DNA of 64,000 nt from a virus: IMG/VR virus record IMGVR_UViG_3300036820_000009, positions 1 through 64,000 of that record, one strand, 5' to 3'. Positions 55,091 through 64,000 of the stretch are shown one piece after another. Made by a program: the position numbers and the translations under genes. The notes below the pieces were generated by a model. The model did not search any database and was not told the origin of the DNA. It worked only from the letters and a program-made list of their open reading frames with translations. The stretch's first letter is position 1; each line of letters begins with the position of its first letter.

Positions 55091-55449
55091 GTGGCAAGTT
55101 GGGTCTGGAAGTCGTAATAGACCTCCATGACCTCTTCCGTCCTATCCGTTGAAAATTTTGTCGAATCGATCGTCGGACCGGTCGCGCCCGGTTGATATAC
55201 CCAGCTTGCCGACGTTTTTTCGAGCAGGATCTCGAACGCCGCGCACGCGCGGAGCATTTCCGACGTGCCAAAATCGATGCCGACTTCCGAGATGGAAACG
55301 GTCGGATCAATGCGAATGCGGATATCGCGCATCCGCAGGCCGAGCTTGATGTCATCGGCGATCGATGGAATTCGAAAGATGAATTCGTCGTCTTTATAGC
55401 GCGCCAGTTTGACCGAAAGATGCGTCTTGAGAACGTCGGTTTCAGCCAA
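54994..55449 (-). CDS. tail assembly chaperone
   Basis: Between tube and tape measure; TTG start with GGGGGA RBS; LATFR. Confidence 0.7.
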   Translation of the reverse strand: MAETDVLKTHLSVKLARYKDDEFIFRIPSIADDIKLGLRMRDIRIRIDPTVSISEVGIDFGTSEMLRACAAFEILLEKTSASWVYQPGATGPTIDSTKFSTDRTEEVMEVYYDFQTQLATFRRNRFPYPKPPTDQAVAGSGDSGTQEPVQG

Positions 55450-55471
55450 GAACCATTCCCCCTACCAGGCG

Positions 55472-56008
55472 CTATAGCGACGCCGAAGCCGCGATATTGA
55501 GGCCGAGGCCGTTTCCGGCGACCGCCGTGGTCGACGGCAATTGGAAGGCGCCTGGGATATTCAAGAGGGAATTTCCGTCCTGGTCAAGCACGTCCATGGC
55601 CAAGAATGTCAGCGCATCCGACACCGGCTGGTTGGCGGGAATGTTTTCGTCGAAACTCGACGATACGCAGCCGATATAGGAAAATAAAACTTCCTGCGCC
55701 AATCCATCGATCACCGCGATATCGAACGAATTGTTCGACAGCAATGCGGCGAGACTGGCGCCGCCGGTAATCAGGGCCTCGCCGGCCTGCGTTAGCGCGA
55801 ATTCGTTGAGCGTGATGGTCGGACCGACGCGGAGCTGCTGGATTTCCTGCGGCTTCGCGGAACCGACGCCATAGATGCCCGTCGTGGTGTAGCCGAAGCT
55901 GTGATTGACGGTTTGCGCGAACGCGACGGCAATATCGCCAATATACATCGCGACGGAATTCGCATTCCGCGCGTTGTATTGGAGTTGCTTGGCGTTGAAA
56001 CCTGGCAT
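55472..56008 (-). CDS. tail tube protein
   Basis: Follows the sheath; GIYGVGS..PQE. Confidence 0.8.
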   Translation of the reverse strand: MPGFNAKQLQYNARNANSVAMYIGDIAVAFAQTVNHSFGYTTTGIYGVGSAKPQEIQQLRVGPTITLNEFALTQAGEALITGGASLAALLSNNSFDIAVIDGLAQEVLFSYIGCVSSSFDENIPANQPVSDALTFLAMDVLDQDGNSLLNIPGAFQLPSTTAVAGNGLGLNIAASASL

Positions 56009-56023
56009 CGCTCAAAACTCCTG

Positions 56024-57859
56024 TTAGGCCGCGATCGCCGTGCCGGTATTGGTGAGCGTGGTCGTAAAATTGAGCGGCTGGATCGGCACGAAGATGGTGA
56101 TGAAGCGGTTCTGACCGACCAGCGTGATATTGACCGATAGCGCCGCCGTCTGATTGATGCCGGTATAGACGATTTGCAGCGTGCTCGAATCCCAGGACGC
56201 CAGCACGCCGAGGCCGGTGCCGGTATAGACCAGCGCATTGAGCGCTTTCTGCGCGGCGCGCAGGATGTTGACTTCGCCGTTCGGCGCCGCGATGCCGCCG
56301 GCGTAGGGCTGAATCGCATTGACCAGCGTATAGGCGGTGAAATCGCGGCACGCGATCTGCTGGTTGAACACGTTGGCCGGATTGGCGTCGTTCTGCCAGG
56401 TGGTGAAGTCCGATGCGATCGTCGGAATGCCGGGCGTGTTGCTCGGAATATAGATCGGCATCACGCCGGCTTGCTGAAGCTCGTTGATTTGGTCGACGCC
56501 AAGCGACAGCTCGACGCCGGTGCCGGTGACCTGCTTGTTGGTCAGCGGCATGTTCGCCGGATTGCCGGTGGCCATGCCGGCCGCCATCGCCGCGACATAG
56601 AGGCCTTCGAACAGCGTGTTGACGCCGGTGGTCGGATCGTTGGCATAGATGCCGGGATAGGCAAACGTGGTACGCGACGAGGCCTGTGCCTGCGCGGTGG
56701 TGACGGCGGTCGAAATCGAGGCGCCTTGGCTCGATCCGGTGAAGAACCGGCGCCATTTGGCATTGACGGTTTCGCTCGCGGTCAAGGCGTGCTGGGTGCC
56801 CAGCGCGATCACGCCCGAGCTGTTGCTGTCCGCGAACACCGACCAGGCCGGCAGCGTCAGCGCCAGATTGAATGCGTTGGCGTAATCGTCGAGTACCGGC
56901 GGCACGCTGACCGCGCCCGAAAACGAAGTGAACGGAATGACATTGGGCAGCAGCGCCGCGATCGGCACGACGCCGCTGGTGGCGGTGGCGATCGCCATCG
57001 GATTGCCGTTCTGGCCCAACGCGAAATTGTTGATCCAGTAAACCGGATCGAGCATCGACGCGGTAACGTCGACATATTGCGGTTGGCCCATGACCGGCAC
57101 GGGCAACGCGATGCCGCTGGTCACGTTGTCCAGCATCGCGGCCGGCAATTGGCCGTTGGTCGAACTGAGCGGAATCGCCGAATACAAACCGGTGCCGTTC
57201 AAATATTCGACGACGGCCTGCACGGTGCCGTACTCGGCCGAGCTGAGCGGAATGGTGACCGATTCGCCGGACGTCGAACTCGACACATTGAAGCTGGTGG
57301 CAACACCGCCCGAATAGGCGACGGTGTAAGCGACGGCACTTGCCGCACCGAGATACGCGAGCAGGAACGGCACGCCGAGATCGTCGCCCTGCTGCGCGAT
57401 GTTGGAATAGGCATCGTACAGCGTGATGAACACGCCGGCGGTCGAGCCCGCCTGCACCTGGATCTGAAGCAGGTTGGACGGCAATCCATAATCGGCCGAA
57501 ATCAGGCTCGCGACGCCCGACGTGGCGCCGGTCGCGCCGGCGTAGAGCTCCAGCGCCGATTGCGTGTTCTCGCCGACATTGATGAACGTGATCTGCTGCG
57601 CGCCGTTGAGGTTCGGCGATGGATTGGTCAGGAACGGCACGAAGCCCGAACATGGGCCGCCGCGAATTGCCGCCAGCAAATCGTTCGGATCGATATAGGT
57701 GTTCGCGGTTTGCGGCTTGGTGCCATAGCCATAACCGATGAAAATCAGCGGCGGACTGGTCGGCGGCTGCGCTTGCAGCACCGCGCTGACGTTGTCCGCG
57801 TAATAGGCGCCCGGAATGACAAGGGTCTGGCCCTCGAACTGGACGTTCATGTTGGGCAT
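56024..57859 (-). CDS. contractile tail sheath protein
   Basis: IPGAY, PLTNK, INELQQAGV, NRFITI; 611 aa. Confidence 0.85.
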   Translation of the reverse strand: MPNMNVQFEGQTLVIPGAYYADNVSAVLQAQPPTSPPLIFIGYGYGTKPQTANTYIDPNDLLAAIRGGPCSGFVPFLTNPSPNLNGAQQITFINVGENTQSALELYAGATGATSGVASLISADYGLPSNLLQIQVQAGSTAGVFITLYDAYSNIAQQGDDLGVPFLLAYLGAASAVAYTVAYSGGVATSFNVSSSTSGESVTIPLSSAEYGTVQAVVEYLNGTGLYSAIPLSSTNGQLPAAMLDNVTSGIALPVPVMGQPQYVDVTASMLDPVYWINNFALGQNGNPMAIATATSGVVPIAALLPNVIPFTSFSGAVSVPPVLDDYANAFNLALTLPAWSVFADSNSSGVIALGTQHALTASETVNAKWRRFFTGSSQGASISTAVTTAQAQASSRTTFAYPGIYANDPTTGVNTLFEGLYVAAMAAGMATGNPANMPLTNKQVTGTGVELSLGVDQINELQQAGVMPIYIPSNTPGIPTIASDFTTWQNDANPANVFNQQIACRDFTAYTLVNAIQPYAGGIAAPNGEVNILRAAQKALNALVYTGTGLGVLASWDSSTLQIVYTGINQTAALSVNITLVGQNRFITIFVPIQPLNFTTTLTNTGTAIAA

Positions 57860-57862
57860 GGA

Positions 57863-58135
57863 TTAACCCCTGCTATAGGCCGGCTGCCGGCGATAGCCGT
57901 CGATCAGCGCCATCCATTGCGAGAAGGTGCGGCCGCCAACATGATTCTGGCGCAACAGGCTGAGATAGACCTCGTCTTTGGTGGCGCGCAAATGCGTGGC
58001 GAAGGTCGAGAGGGTCATGATCAGTTCCGGCCCGCGCGGCGCCTGCGGCGATTTGAGCGGGCCGCGGATCGCGGCCCGCACGCTCGCTTTGACAGGCGGC
58101 CGTTTCGGCACGACTCGTGGGAATGGATTCGGCAT
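57863..58135 (-). CDS. hypothetical protein
   Basis: GAGGGA RBS, in operon. Confidence 0.55.
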   Translation of the reverse strand: MPNPFPRVVPKRPPVKASVRAAIRGPLKSPQAPRGPELIMTLSTFATHLRATKDEVYLSLLRQNHVGGRTFSQWMALIDGYRRQPAYSRG

Positions 58136-58204
58136 GATATTCCCTCTTCGGCGTCGGCGCGCATCCTAAGCCCAAGCGGGAAATCCACCTATATCGCCGC
58201 ACAG

Positions 58205-59092
58205 TCAGCCGGCGATCGGCACCTCGACCTGAATCTCGGCCGCGGGCACGCCGCTCGGCGCGCCGCACACGGTGGCCGCCATGGTGATGGTGCTGATCAC
58301 GCCATAGCTGCCGGTGATGATCAGGTTCATCGTGCCGGTCAGCTCGATCATGATTTCGGCAAACCAGAAGCCCGGAAGGTTTTGCGCCGGCTCGTTGGAA
58401 ACCTGGCCGGTCGATGCCTGGTAGCGATGGGTAACGTCAAGCCCGATTTGCGCGAATGTCGACGGCAGCACAGCATTGAAAATGCCGATAACCGCGTTTT
58501 TGTAGAAATCGCGCTCGACAACACTATCGGCCAGCACGGAAACGCGCCAGATTCTTTTGGCGAATCCCGTCATCACCCATTCGTTCTTGGCGTTGTAATT
58601 GGCAACATCCTGCCCGATCGGAATCTGATCCTGTTGTTCGAGGTCCAGATTGACGGTGACGAACGGCATCGGCGGCAAGCCGCCCAGCGGCATCGACGAC
58701 AGCACCTTGGCGCGGCGCACGCCGGCGGGATTCGGCACCATGGAATTGATGCCGGCCTGCAACAGCCGGATCAGGATTTCGGTCAGCGGCGACGGCAGCA
58801 GCGTCAGCGCCGCCACGGGTTGAATCGCCGGCGTCTGCACGGTGCCGTCGACGTCGGTGAGCTGGTAGACGTAAAGCTGCGTCGGATCGAGCGGTTCGGG
58901 CAGGCCGTCGCCGGTGTCGAGATAGAGGCGTAACGGATCCGTTACGTCCGCGCTGTACAATATGGTGAACGCGCCGAGCCCGCTGCTGCCGGACACCGCG
59001 CGTTCCAGCGTCACGGTGCCGCTCGGCGCGGTATCAATCGATAGCGTGATGGCACCGCCGGTCGGTACCACGGTGCCGGAAATTCTAGGCAT
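58205..59092 (-). CDS. tail completion/terminator-like protein
   Basis: Position before the sheath; PFVTVNL..IGQ. Confidence 0.55.
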   Translation of the reverse strand: MPRISGTVVPTGGAITLSIDTAPSGTVTLERAVSGSSGLGAFTILYSADVTDPLRLYLDTGDGLPEPLDPTQLYVYQLTDVDGTVQTPAIQPVAALTLLPSPLTEILIRLLQAGINSMVPNPAGVRRAKVLSSMPLGGLPPMPFVTVNLDLEQQDQIPIGQDVANYNAKNEWVMTGFAKRIWRVSVLADSVVERDFYKNAVIGIFNAVLPSTFAQIGLDVTHRYQASTGQVSNEPAQNLPGFWFAEIMIELTGTMNLIITGSYGVISTITMAATVCGAPSGVPAAEIQVEVPIAG

Positions 59093-59632
59093 TCAAATGC
59101 CCCATGTTTTGCGCATCAGGTTGGAAAAATACTCGGCTGGCGCATAGGCCGCCATCGGCGGAATGATCCAGCCCGACATCGGCCGCGCCTCGCCGGCTTT
59201 GGGTGTCGCCGCAAATCCGCTGAAACCGGTGCCGCGAATTTGCGCCCAGATGTTATTGCGCAGCGCGCGCGTCGACCGGTCGAACCGCGGCGCGCCACCA
59301 CCCCCGCCGAACGGACCGGCGCCCCCGCGGTGCATGGGATAGACGCGGCCCGGTTCGAGATAGCGCTTCATATCGATCGCGCCATGGCCCGATTCGATTA
59401 TCGCGGCTTCCGGCGCGCGCCATTCGTCGACGATGACCGCGACATGGCCCGGTCCTTTCGAGTCGATCCGGATCGCCGATGCATAGCGGCCGGTCGGATG
59501 CGCGATGCGCTTGCCATTGATTTCCAAGCCGCCCATCGCGAAATCGACCCACATGCGGAAGATTTCAAGCCCGACGCGGGTCAGCGAATCATGCGATAGG
59601 TCGGTATAGACGTTGAGCTCTGGTAGTGGCAT
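59093..59632 (-). CDS. neck protein
   Basis: TGRYASAI, IESG...DMK, GWIIP. Confidence 0.6.
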   Translation of the reverse strand: MPLPELNVYTDLSHDSLTRVGLEIFRMWVDFAMGGLEINGKRIAHPTGRYASAIRIDSKGPGHVAVIVDEWRAPEAAIIESGHGAIDMKRYLEPGRVYPMHRGGAGPFGGGGGAPRFDRSTRALRNNIWAQIRGTGFSGFAATPKAGEARPMSGWIIPPMAAYAPAEYFSNLMRKTWGI

Positions 59633-59745
59633 TCAGCAGCTATTTTTGTCGTCTAATATTTGATTTATCATAACCATGATTTGATCCGTGAAAAAATGGC
59701 GACGAACCGAATCTGAAATTGCCGAAATCGCTGTTCGACATTTTG

Positions 59746-61593
59746 TCAGAATGCCCGCGCATTGAAGGTCACGAGGTCGGCGGATGCCATGGTGCCGGTG
59801 AAGGTGCAGGAAGTGGTCGAGTAGGCCGATTGCTTCATCGCATCTGCCATGGTCGTCAGATCGTTCGCTTCGCAATACCAACCATGGGGAGCGGTCGCGG
59901 AGAAAGTGAGTATGACTGTCCCCGCCGCACACGCTCCATTAGCTTGGAAAGAGCCGGTAGTATTGCCGCCAACTTGGGTGTTGATGGGACAAGTGCCGGT
60001 CGGCGTCGGGGGCGAACCGCCAGCCGCCATGTTGTTCATCGTGCCCATTGTGGCGGGATTGATCGTCACGGTGCCGGTGCCGGTCGGCGAAATCAGAACA
60101 TTAAAATTGGATGGATCAAGGTTGACAGTGCCTCCGGTAATGATCGCACCACCTTGAAGCAAGGTGGTGCCGCTAGAAACCTTCAACGCGCGTGCGGTCC
60201 CGATGGTTACATTCATGCCTGCCACCGGCGGCCCGGTGATCACCACGGTATCCGCATCATTGTAAGTGGTGGGGCTGCTGGCGACGAGCGTCGGCGCCGT
60301 CATCACATAGTCAAAATTCGTGGCGACCGTTCCGCTCGAACTCGTGTCCGTCAGGGTCGCGGCGGCGCCTTGAAACTGTAGTCCCGCCGAACCCCACGCG
60401 GCGGACGAAATATTGCCCTGCAACAGCAATTCGCGCGTCAGGACTTCTTGATTGAAGAAGCCCTCGCCAGCCATCGTGACAAAAAATTCCTCGGCGGAAT
60501 TTTCGGCGTTGGAAACCCGGAAGGCCCGATTGGTCGTATAGTCGGTATCGTCTGCGGGATAGGCATAGAATCCGGCGCCGCCCGCCGTTCCGGTGACATT
60601 TGCGATGTAGGCCACGCCGTCGTTGACGGAGACGACCACTGCGTTTTTGGTGCCGTCGACTGTTGCCTCAATCGCGTGACCGTTTGCACAGTAGGGCACA
60701 TACCCCGCAGGCGTGCTGCCGCACAAATTGAAGACCGAGAGAGCGTTCCCGCCGCCCTCCTGATTGATCCAAATGCCGCTTGTATCCCCACCATTGTCGG
60801 GCGGCGTGTAGAGCGAGATGGCGATGCCACCAGTGTTGATCAGGCCGATGGCGCTTTGCGTGCCGGTTTGTGATCCCGTCGTGTTGACGGCCGAGCCGCT
60901 CGGGGTCGTAGAGATCTCAAAGGTATTTGTCGTGATCGACGATCCGACCACATAATAATTCGTTCCGGTCGCCAAGCCGGTCGGGAGGGCGCCAGTGGTG
61001 TAGAACTGCACCTCGGCATTCGCGGCAAGCCCGTGGTTGGCCCACGTCACAACACCGGGAGATGCTATCGAGATCGTCACGACGGTTGGGACCGTCCTGA
61101 CGTTCATCGTGATGCCTCTCTTGACGTAATTCGAGAGGTTGGTCAGGTCGAAATCCAACGGCGCATTCAGCCACGTATTGGTATTGAGCCCCCCCGCCTC
61201 GCTGTAGCGCATATAGGCTTGAGTATCGGAGATCCCGACACCCGGCATGTCTTGTGCGGTAATTTCCCCGTTTACGGTAATCGTATTAAAGGTTTGCAAA
61301 CCGCTCCAAGTGTTTGGGTTGGTAAGATTGATATCCAATTCGGTATTGATTGTTGTGCCGCTAACTGTAAGCGTACTATTCGGTGACGTGATAGTGTCAC
61401 CACTGCCTTCACCGGTAATATTTAATTTCAAATTGCCATTGGCGTCACATTGTAGTGGCGCAGTTTGACCAGGTAGCAGAAGGATTGGGTTTTCGTTATA
61501 TTGACAAAGAATGGCCGCTTTTGCTTGTTGTGAGATACTTATCAGTGAATGTATCCCTAAGCAAATAATGGCTATTGCTGTAAACTTTTTCAT
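59746..61593 (-). CDS. fibre-like protein with N-terminal signal peptide
   Basis: Signal-like N-terminus; ISIASPGVVT..HGL..TGALPTGL..GT.YYV domain; Thr/Gly-rich. Confidence 0.65.
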   Translation of the reverse strand: MKKFTAIAIICLGIHSLISISQQAKAAILCQYNENPILLLPGQTAPLQCDANGNLKLNITGEGSGDTITSPNSTLTVSGTTINTELDINLTNPNTWSGLQTFNTITVNGEITAQDMPGVGISDTQAYMRYSEAGGLNTNTWLNAPLDFDLTNLSNYVKRGITMNVRTVPTVVTISIASPGVVTWANHGLAANAEVQFYTTGALPTGLATGTNYYVVGSSITTNTFEISTTPSGSAVNTTGSQTGTQSAIGLINTGGIAISLYTPPDNGGDTSGIWINQEGGGNALSVFNLCGSTPAGYVPYCANGHAIEATVDGTKNAVVVSVNDGVAYIANVTGTAGGAGFYAYPADDTDYTTNRAFRVSNAENSAEEFFVTMAGEGFFNQEVLTRELLLQGNISSAAWGSAGLQFQGAAATLTDTSSSGTVATNFDYVMTAPTLVASSPTTYNDADTVVITGPPVAGMNVTIGTARALKVSSGTTLLQGGAIITGGTVNLDPSNFNVLISPTGTGTVTINPATMGTMNNMAAGGSPPTPTGTCPINTQVGGNTTGSFQANGACAAGTVILTFSATAPHGWYCEANDLTTMADAMKQSAYSTTSCTFTGTMASADLVTFNARAF

Positions 61594-61775
61594 TCGCTAA
61601 CCCCCAATAGATTTCCATTCTTGTCGCATTGAAGCGGTGCTGATTTTCCAGGCAAAATAATAATCGAACTGGAATTATATTGACAAGTTGCAGCTTCCTG
61701 CGCGATCGACTCGCGATCCGCATAAAAATTCAAAATCAATGCAATAAGAAGGAAAAATAAAATCACCTGTTTCAT
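61590..61775 (-). CDS. small secreted protein, paralog of the N-terminus of the next gene
   Basis: CQYN..LPG..APLQCD.NGNL shared. Confidence 0.65.
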   Translation of the reverse strand: MKQVILFFLLIALILNFYADRESIAQEAATCQYNSSSIIILPGKSAPLQCDKNGNLLGVSE

Positions 61776-61799
61776 CGATATATCTCCCAATCAAGGCAG

Positions 61800-62579
61800 T
61801 TATAAGCCGGTCGGCGGATCGCCTGGGAATCGCGCGCGCGTCCACAGATCGAGCGTTTGCAGCATGAATCGGCGCGGCTCGTCGAGATTGCCGAAGGGCC
61901 GCATGTGCGTCATGCCGCCGACGCGCCGAAACGCGACATAGGTCGGCGCCGCGGTGAAATCGACGATTAGCGATGTGCCGCTGACGATGCCGCCGGATAC
62001 CGTGATCGACACGCCGGACACGGTATAGCCCAGCACCGGCACCACGATCTTGTTCACCGGATCGTACATGGTCACGGCGCCGCTCGGCGCGATCGTCACG
62101 CTTTGCTGGTAGGGCACCGACATGCGATAGGGATATTCGAGCTGCGCGTTGAACCGTTCGAGCGCGTTCACTTCGGTAAAAGCGTCGTACAGATTCGCCT
62201 CGCCATAGACATCGCCGGCAATCGATGGAATCGTCAGCGTCGGCGTGGCATGCTGGATCAGGCCGCGATGCGTATCCATCAGCGCGCCAGGTTCATCCGG
62301 CGCCGGCGCGAAATGCGCCCATGTGATCAGCCCGATAAACGGCGCGGCCGGCAGATCCCAATAGAAGCCGCGGCCGAAACATGTCTCGCATGCCGGATCC
62401 GGCGAACCTTCCACCGGACCGCCGAACAGGCAGGGGCAGGTGTGCGATTTGCTCCAAAGCAGCGTGATGCCATAGGCGGTGATCAATTGATCGAACGGCG
62501 CCGTTGGCAGCACATAGGGATCGATCGGCGGAAGATACGGAACGAAATCGCTTGGGGTTGGCGGGCCGCTCATGGTCAC
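61800..62579 (-). CDS. head-tail joining/neck protein with Cys motif
   Basis: W.KS..CPC..C.TC.GRG. Confidence 0.7.
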   Translation of the reverse strand: MTMSGPPTPSDFVPYLPPIDPYVLPTAPFDQLITAYGITLLWSKSHTCPCLFGGPVEGSPDPACETCFGRGFYWDLPAAPFIGLITWAHFAPAPDEPGALMDTHRGLIQHATPTLTIPSIAGDVYGEANLYDAFTEVNALERFNAQLEYPYRMSVPYQQSVTIAPSGAVTMYDPVNKIVVPVLGYTVSGVSITVSGGIVSGTSLIVDFTAAPTYVAFRRVGGMTHMRPFGNLDEPRRFMLQTLDLWTRARFPGDPPTGL

Positions 62580-63583
62580 ACCATATTGATCACAGGACCG
62601 GCCACCATGTTCTTCGCGCGGTCCATCAAGCGATCGCGCATTTTTTGGAAATTATTGATCAGGCCGGCATAGGCGCCAAGTTTATCGAATTCGCGGCGCT
62701 GCAACAGGCCGTCGACCTGCGTCGTCATCGCCGCGGTGCCGAGATTGATCGTGCCCTGGATCGACGACAGCGCGATCGTCGCCGCTTCCGCAAGCACAAG
62801 CTGCTTCATGAACGAAAATCGATTGTTGTAATCGAACGGCGTCAGGCCCGCCGTGTATTGCAGCCATATCGCGCCCGGCACGTTCTCGGCGAAGCCCATG
62901 AACGCGAGCTGCATCGCGAACAGCGGCAACATCTGGACATTGGCGGCGGGCACATAGCGCACCAATCCGAAATCGCGATCCTCCACGTTCCAGGTCCGCG
63001 GCATCCGGAAGTAAGTATTGAGCAGCGGATAGATGAAGGCCGTGTTCTTGATCGCGGTATAGTTCAAGGGATCGTAGCTGAAACTCTGCACCGGCCGATA
63101 GCGCAGCGTCAGGTACATCCAGCCTTCGTCTTGCGCGCGCGAAAACATGAAATCGTAGGCGGCATCGGGCAGGTCGTAATCGATACCCTGATTCTGATAG
63201 CCGCCCGAACCGCTCGATACCAGCAGCCCGACCGCATTGGTGCTCTCGGGCGTCGGCGTCGGCGGCGACGCGACCCAGGTCTGGCACAGCAGGATGCTGG
63301 TGTCTTGCTCGACGGTGTCTTCGGCGTCGCGGATCCAGCCGAGAATGGTGCTCGGGTCGACCGGCACCGGCGGATTGCCGTAATAATAGAGCGGCACGCC
63401 GACGAAATTCTGAAGATCGGTCGCCTGCAAGCCGGTCTTGGTGTTGGTGTAGACGCCATTGCCCTGCGGATAGCCCGATACGCTCGGAATCGGCGCGCCG
63501 GACGTCGGCGTGGTCCACAGCCACAAGGCTTGCGTCGGAATGAACGGGGTATTGCCCTGTCCAAAGGCAGTGTCGTTCGGCAT
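62576..63583 (-). CDS. head-tail adaptor-like protein
   Basis: L.YRPV, LQYTAG, VDGL, AYAG. Confidence 0.65.
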   Translation of the reverse strand: MPNDTAFGQGNTPFIPTQALWLWTTPTSGAPIPSVSGYPQGNGVYTNTKTGLQATDLQNFVGVPLYYYGNPPVPVDPSTILGWIRDAEDTVEQDTSILLCQTWVASPPTPTPESTNAVGLLVSSGSGGYQNQGIDYDLPDAAYDFMFSRAQDEGWMYLTLRYRPVQSFSYDPLNYTAIKNTAFIYPLLNTYFRMPRTWNVEDRDFGLVRYVPAANVQMLPLFAMQLAFMGFAENVPGAIWLQYTAGLTPFDYNNRFSFMKQLVLAEAATIALSSIQGTINLGTAAMTTQVDGLLQRREFDKLGAYAGLINNFQKMRDRLMDRAKNMVAGPVINMV

Positions 63584-63997
63584 TTACCGCTCGGTATGTG
63601 CCTCGGCTTCATGCTGGGCCGCATCTTCATGCTGGGCGACGTCGCCGGCGCGTGCCGGCGCCGCGCTGGCCATCGGCGGCGGCGGCGATGGCGGGCTCAC
63701 GGATTTCGGTGGCGGCGGCGGTGGCGGTGGCGGGCTGGTGGATTCCAGCGATGCCGATTTGGAATCCAATTTGGTCGCGGCGATCGCGGCCGGCGCCGGC
63801 GCGGTGCCCATGGTTTCAATGGTCACCTGCGGATGCGATCCGACCGCGGCGAGTTGATGCGGTTCGAGATCGGCGGCGACGAAAACCTTGCCGCGGCGCC
63901 GGAACAGCACGCCGCCGATGGCGCCGGCCTGCCGGCCCTGTCGGCGCCACATGCGGTCGATTTCGGATCCGGCCCTGAGAATGGCGTGCATGATCAT
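63584..63997 (-). CDS. hypothetical Pro-rich protein
   Basis: ORF abutting the next gene; start near window edge. Confidence 0.5.
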   Translation of the reverse strand: MIMHAILRAGSEIDRMWRRQGRQAGAIGGVLFRRRGKVFVAADLEPHQLAAVGSHPQVTIETMGTAPAPAAIAATKLDSKSASLESTSPPPPPPPPPKSVSPPSPPPPMASAAPARAGDVAQHEDAAQHEAEAHTER

Positions 63998-64000
63998 CGG

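Noticed and set aside
56174-58933. Long + strand ORFs opposite structural genes (e.g. 919 aa; also 38690-39970, 44766-46052)
   Set aside because: Arg-rich antisense shadows typical of GC-rich coding DNA, with no motifs
1-64000. Genome-wide amber recoding (genetic code 15) suggested by the CUA tRNA
   Set aside because: Many intact genes end at TAG exactly where the next gene begins, and long genes are not broken by TAG; only pth2 shows an internal TAG

Overview
GC-rich dsDNA tailed-phage (myovirus-type) genome segment, probably infecting an alphaproteobacterium (it carries MucR/Ros and a GcrA-like HTH). Layout: (1) 1-13.8 kb, mostly + strand small early-type genes (AAA ATPase end, DUF3150-like and VWA/HExxH proteins, HNH, XRE HTH, MucR) behind a repeated sigma70 promoter with a GGAAACWGTTTCC palindrome, plus an AT-rich non-coding island near 4.0-4.6 kb; (2) rmlD and methyltransferase genes; (3) 16.6-22.9 kb, a tRNA array with 38 sense tRNAs covering all 20 amino acids, an amber (CUA) suppressor and an anticodon-less tRNA mimic, interleaved with HNH, TylF-like and Pth2 genes; (4) gmhA; (5) a minus-strand replication/recombination module (primase-VapE helicase, RecD-like helicase, Cas4-like nuclease, SSB, Sak4, MTase, GP88-like, DUF2303, Cro-like); (6) lysis genes; (7) a minus-strand contractile tail/baseplate/neck operon with rmlC and an antisense NDP-sugar epimerase inserted. 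The best candidate for a new system is a translation-surveillance tRNA operon. It has a 44-codon leader peptide using 33 different codons, with mutually exclusive antiterminator/terminator hairpins ahead of the array. Its Pth2 gene has TAG as third codon and lies directly behind the amber suppressor tRNA, and a tRNA mimic with a GNRA-capped anticodon arm follows. All family calls come from motif recognition by eye; no searches or folding programs were run.
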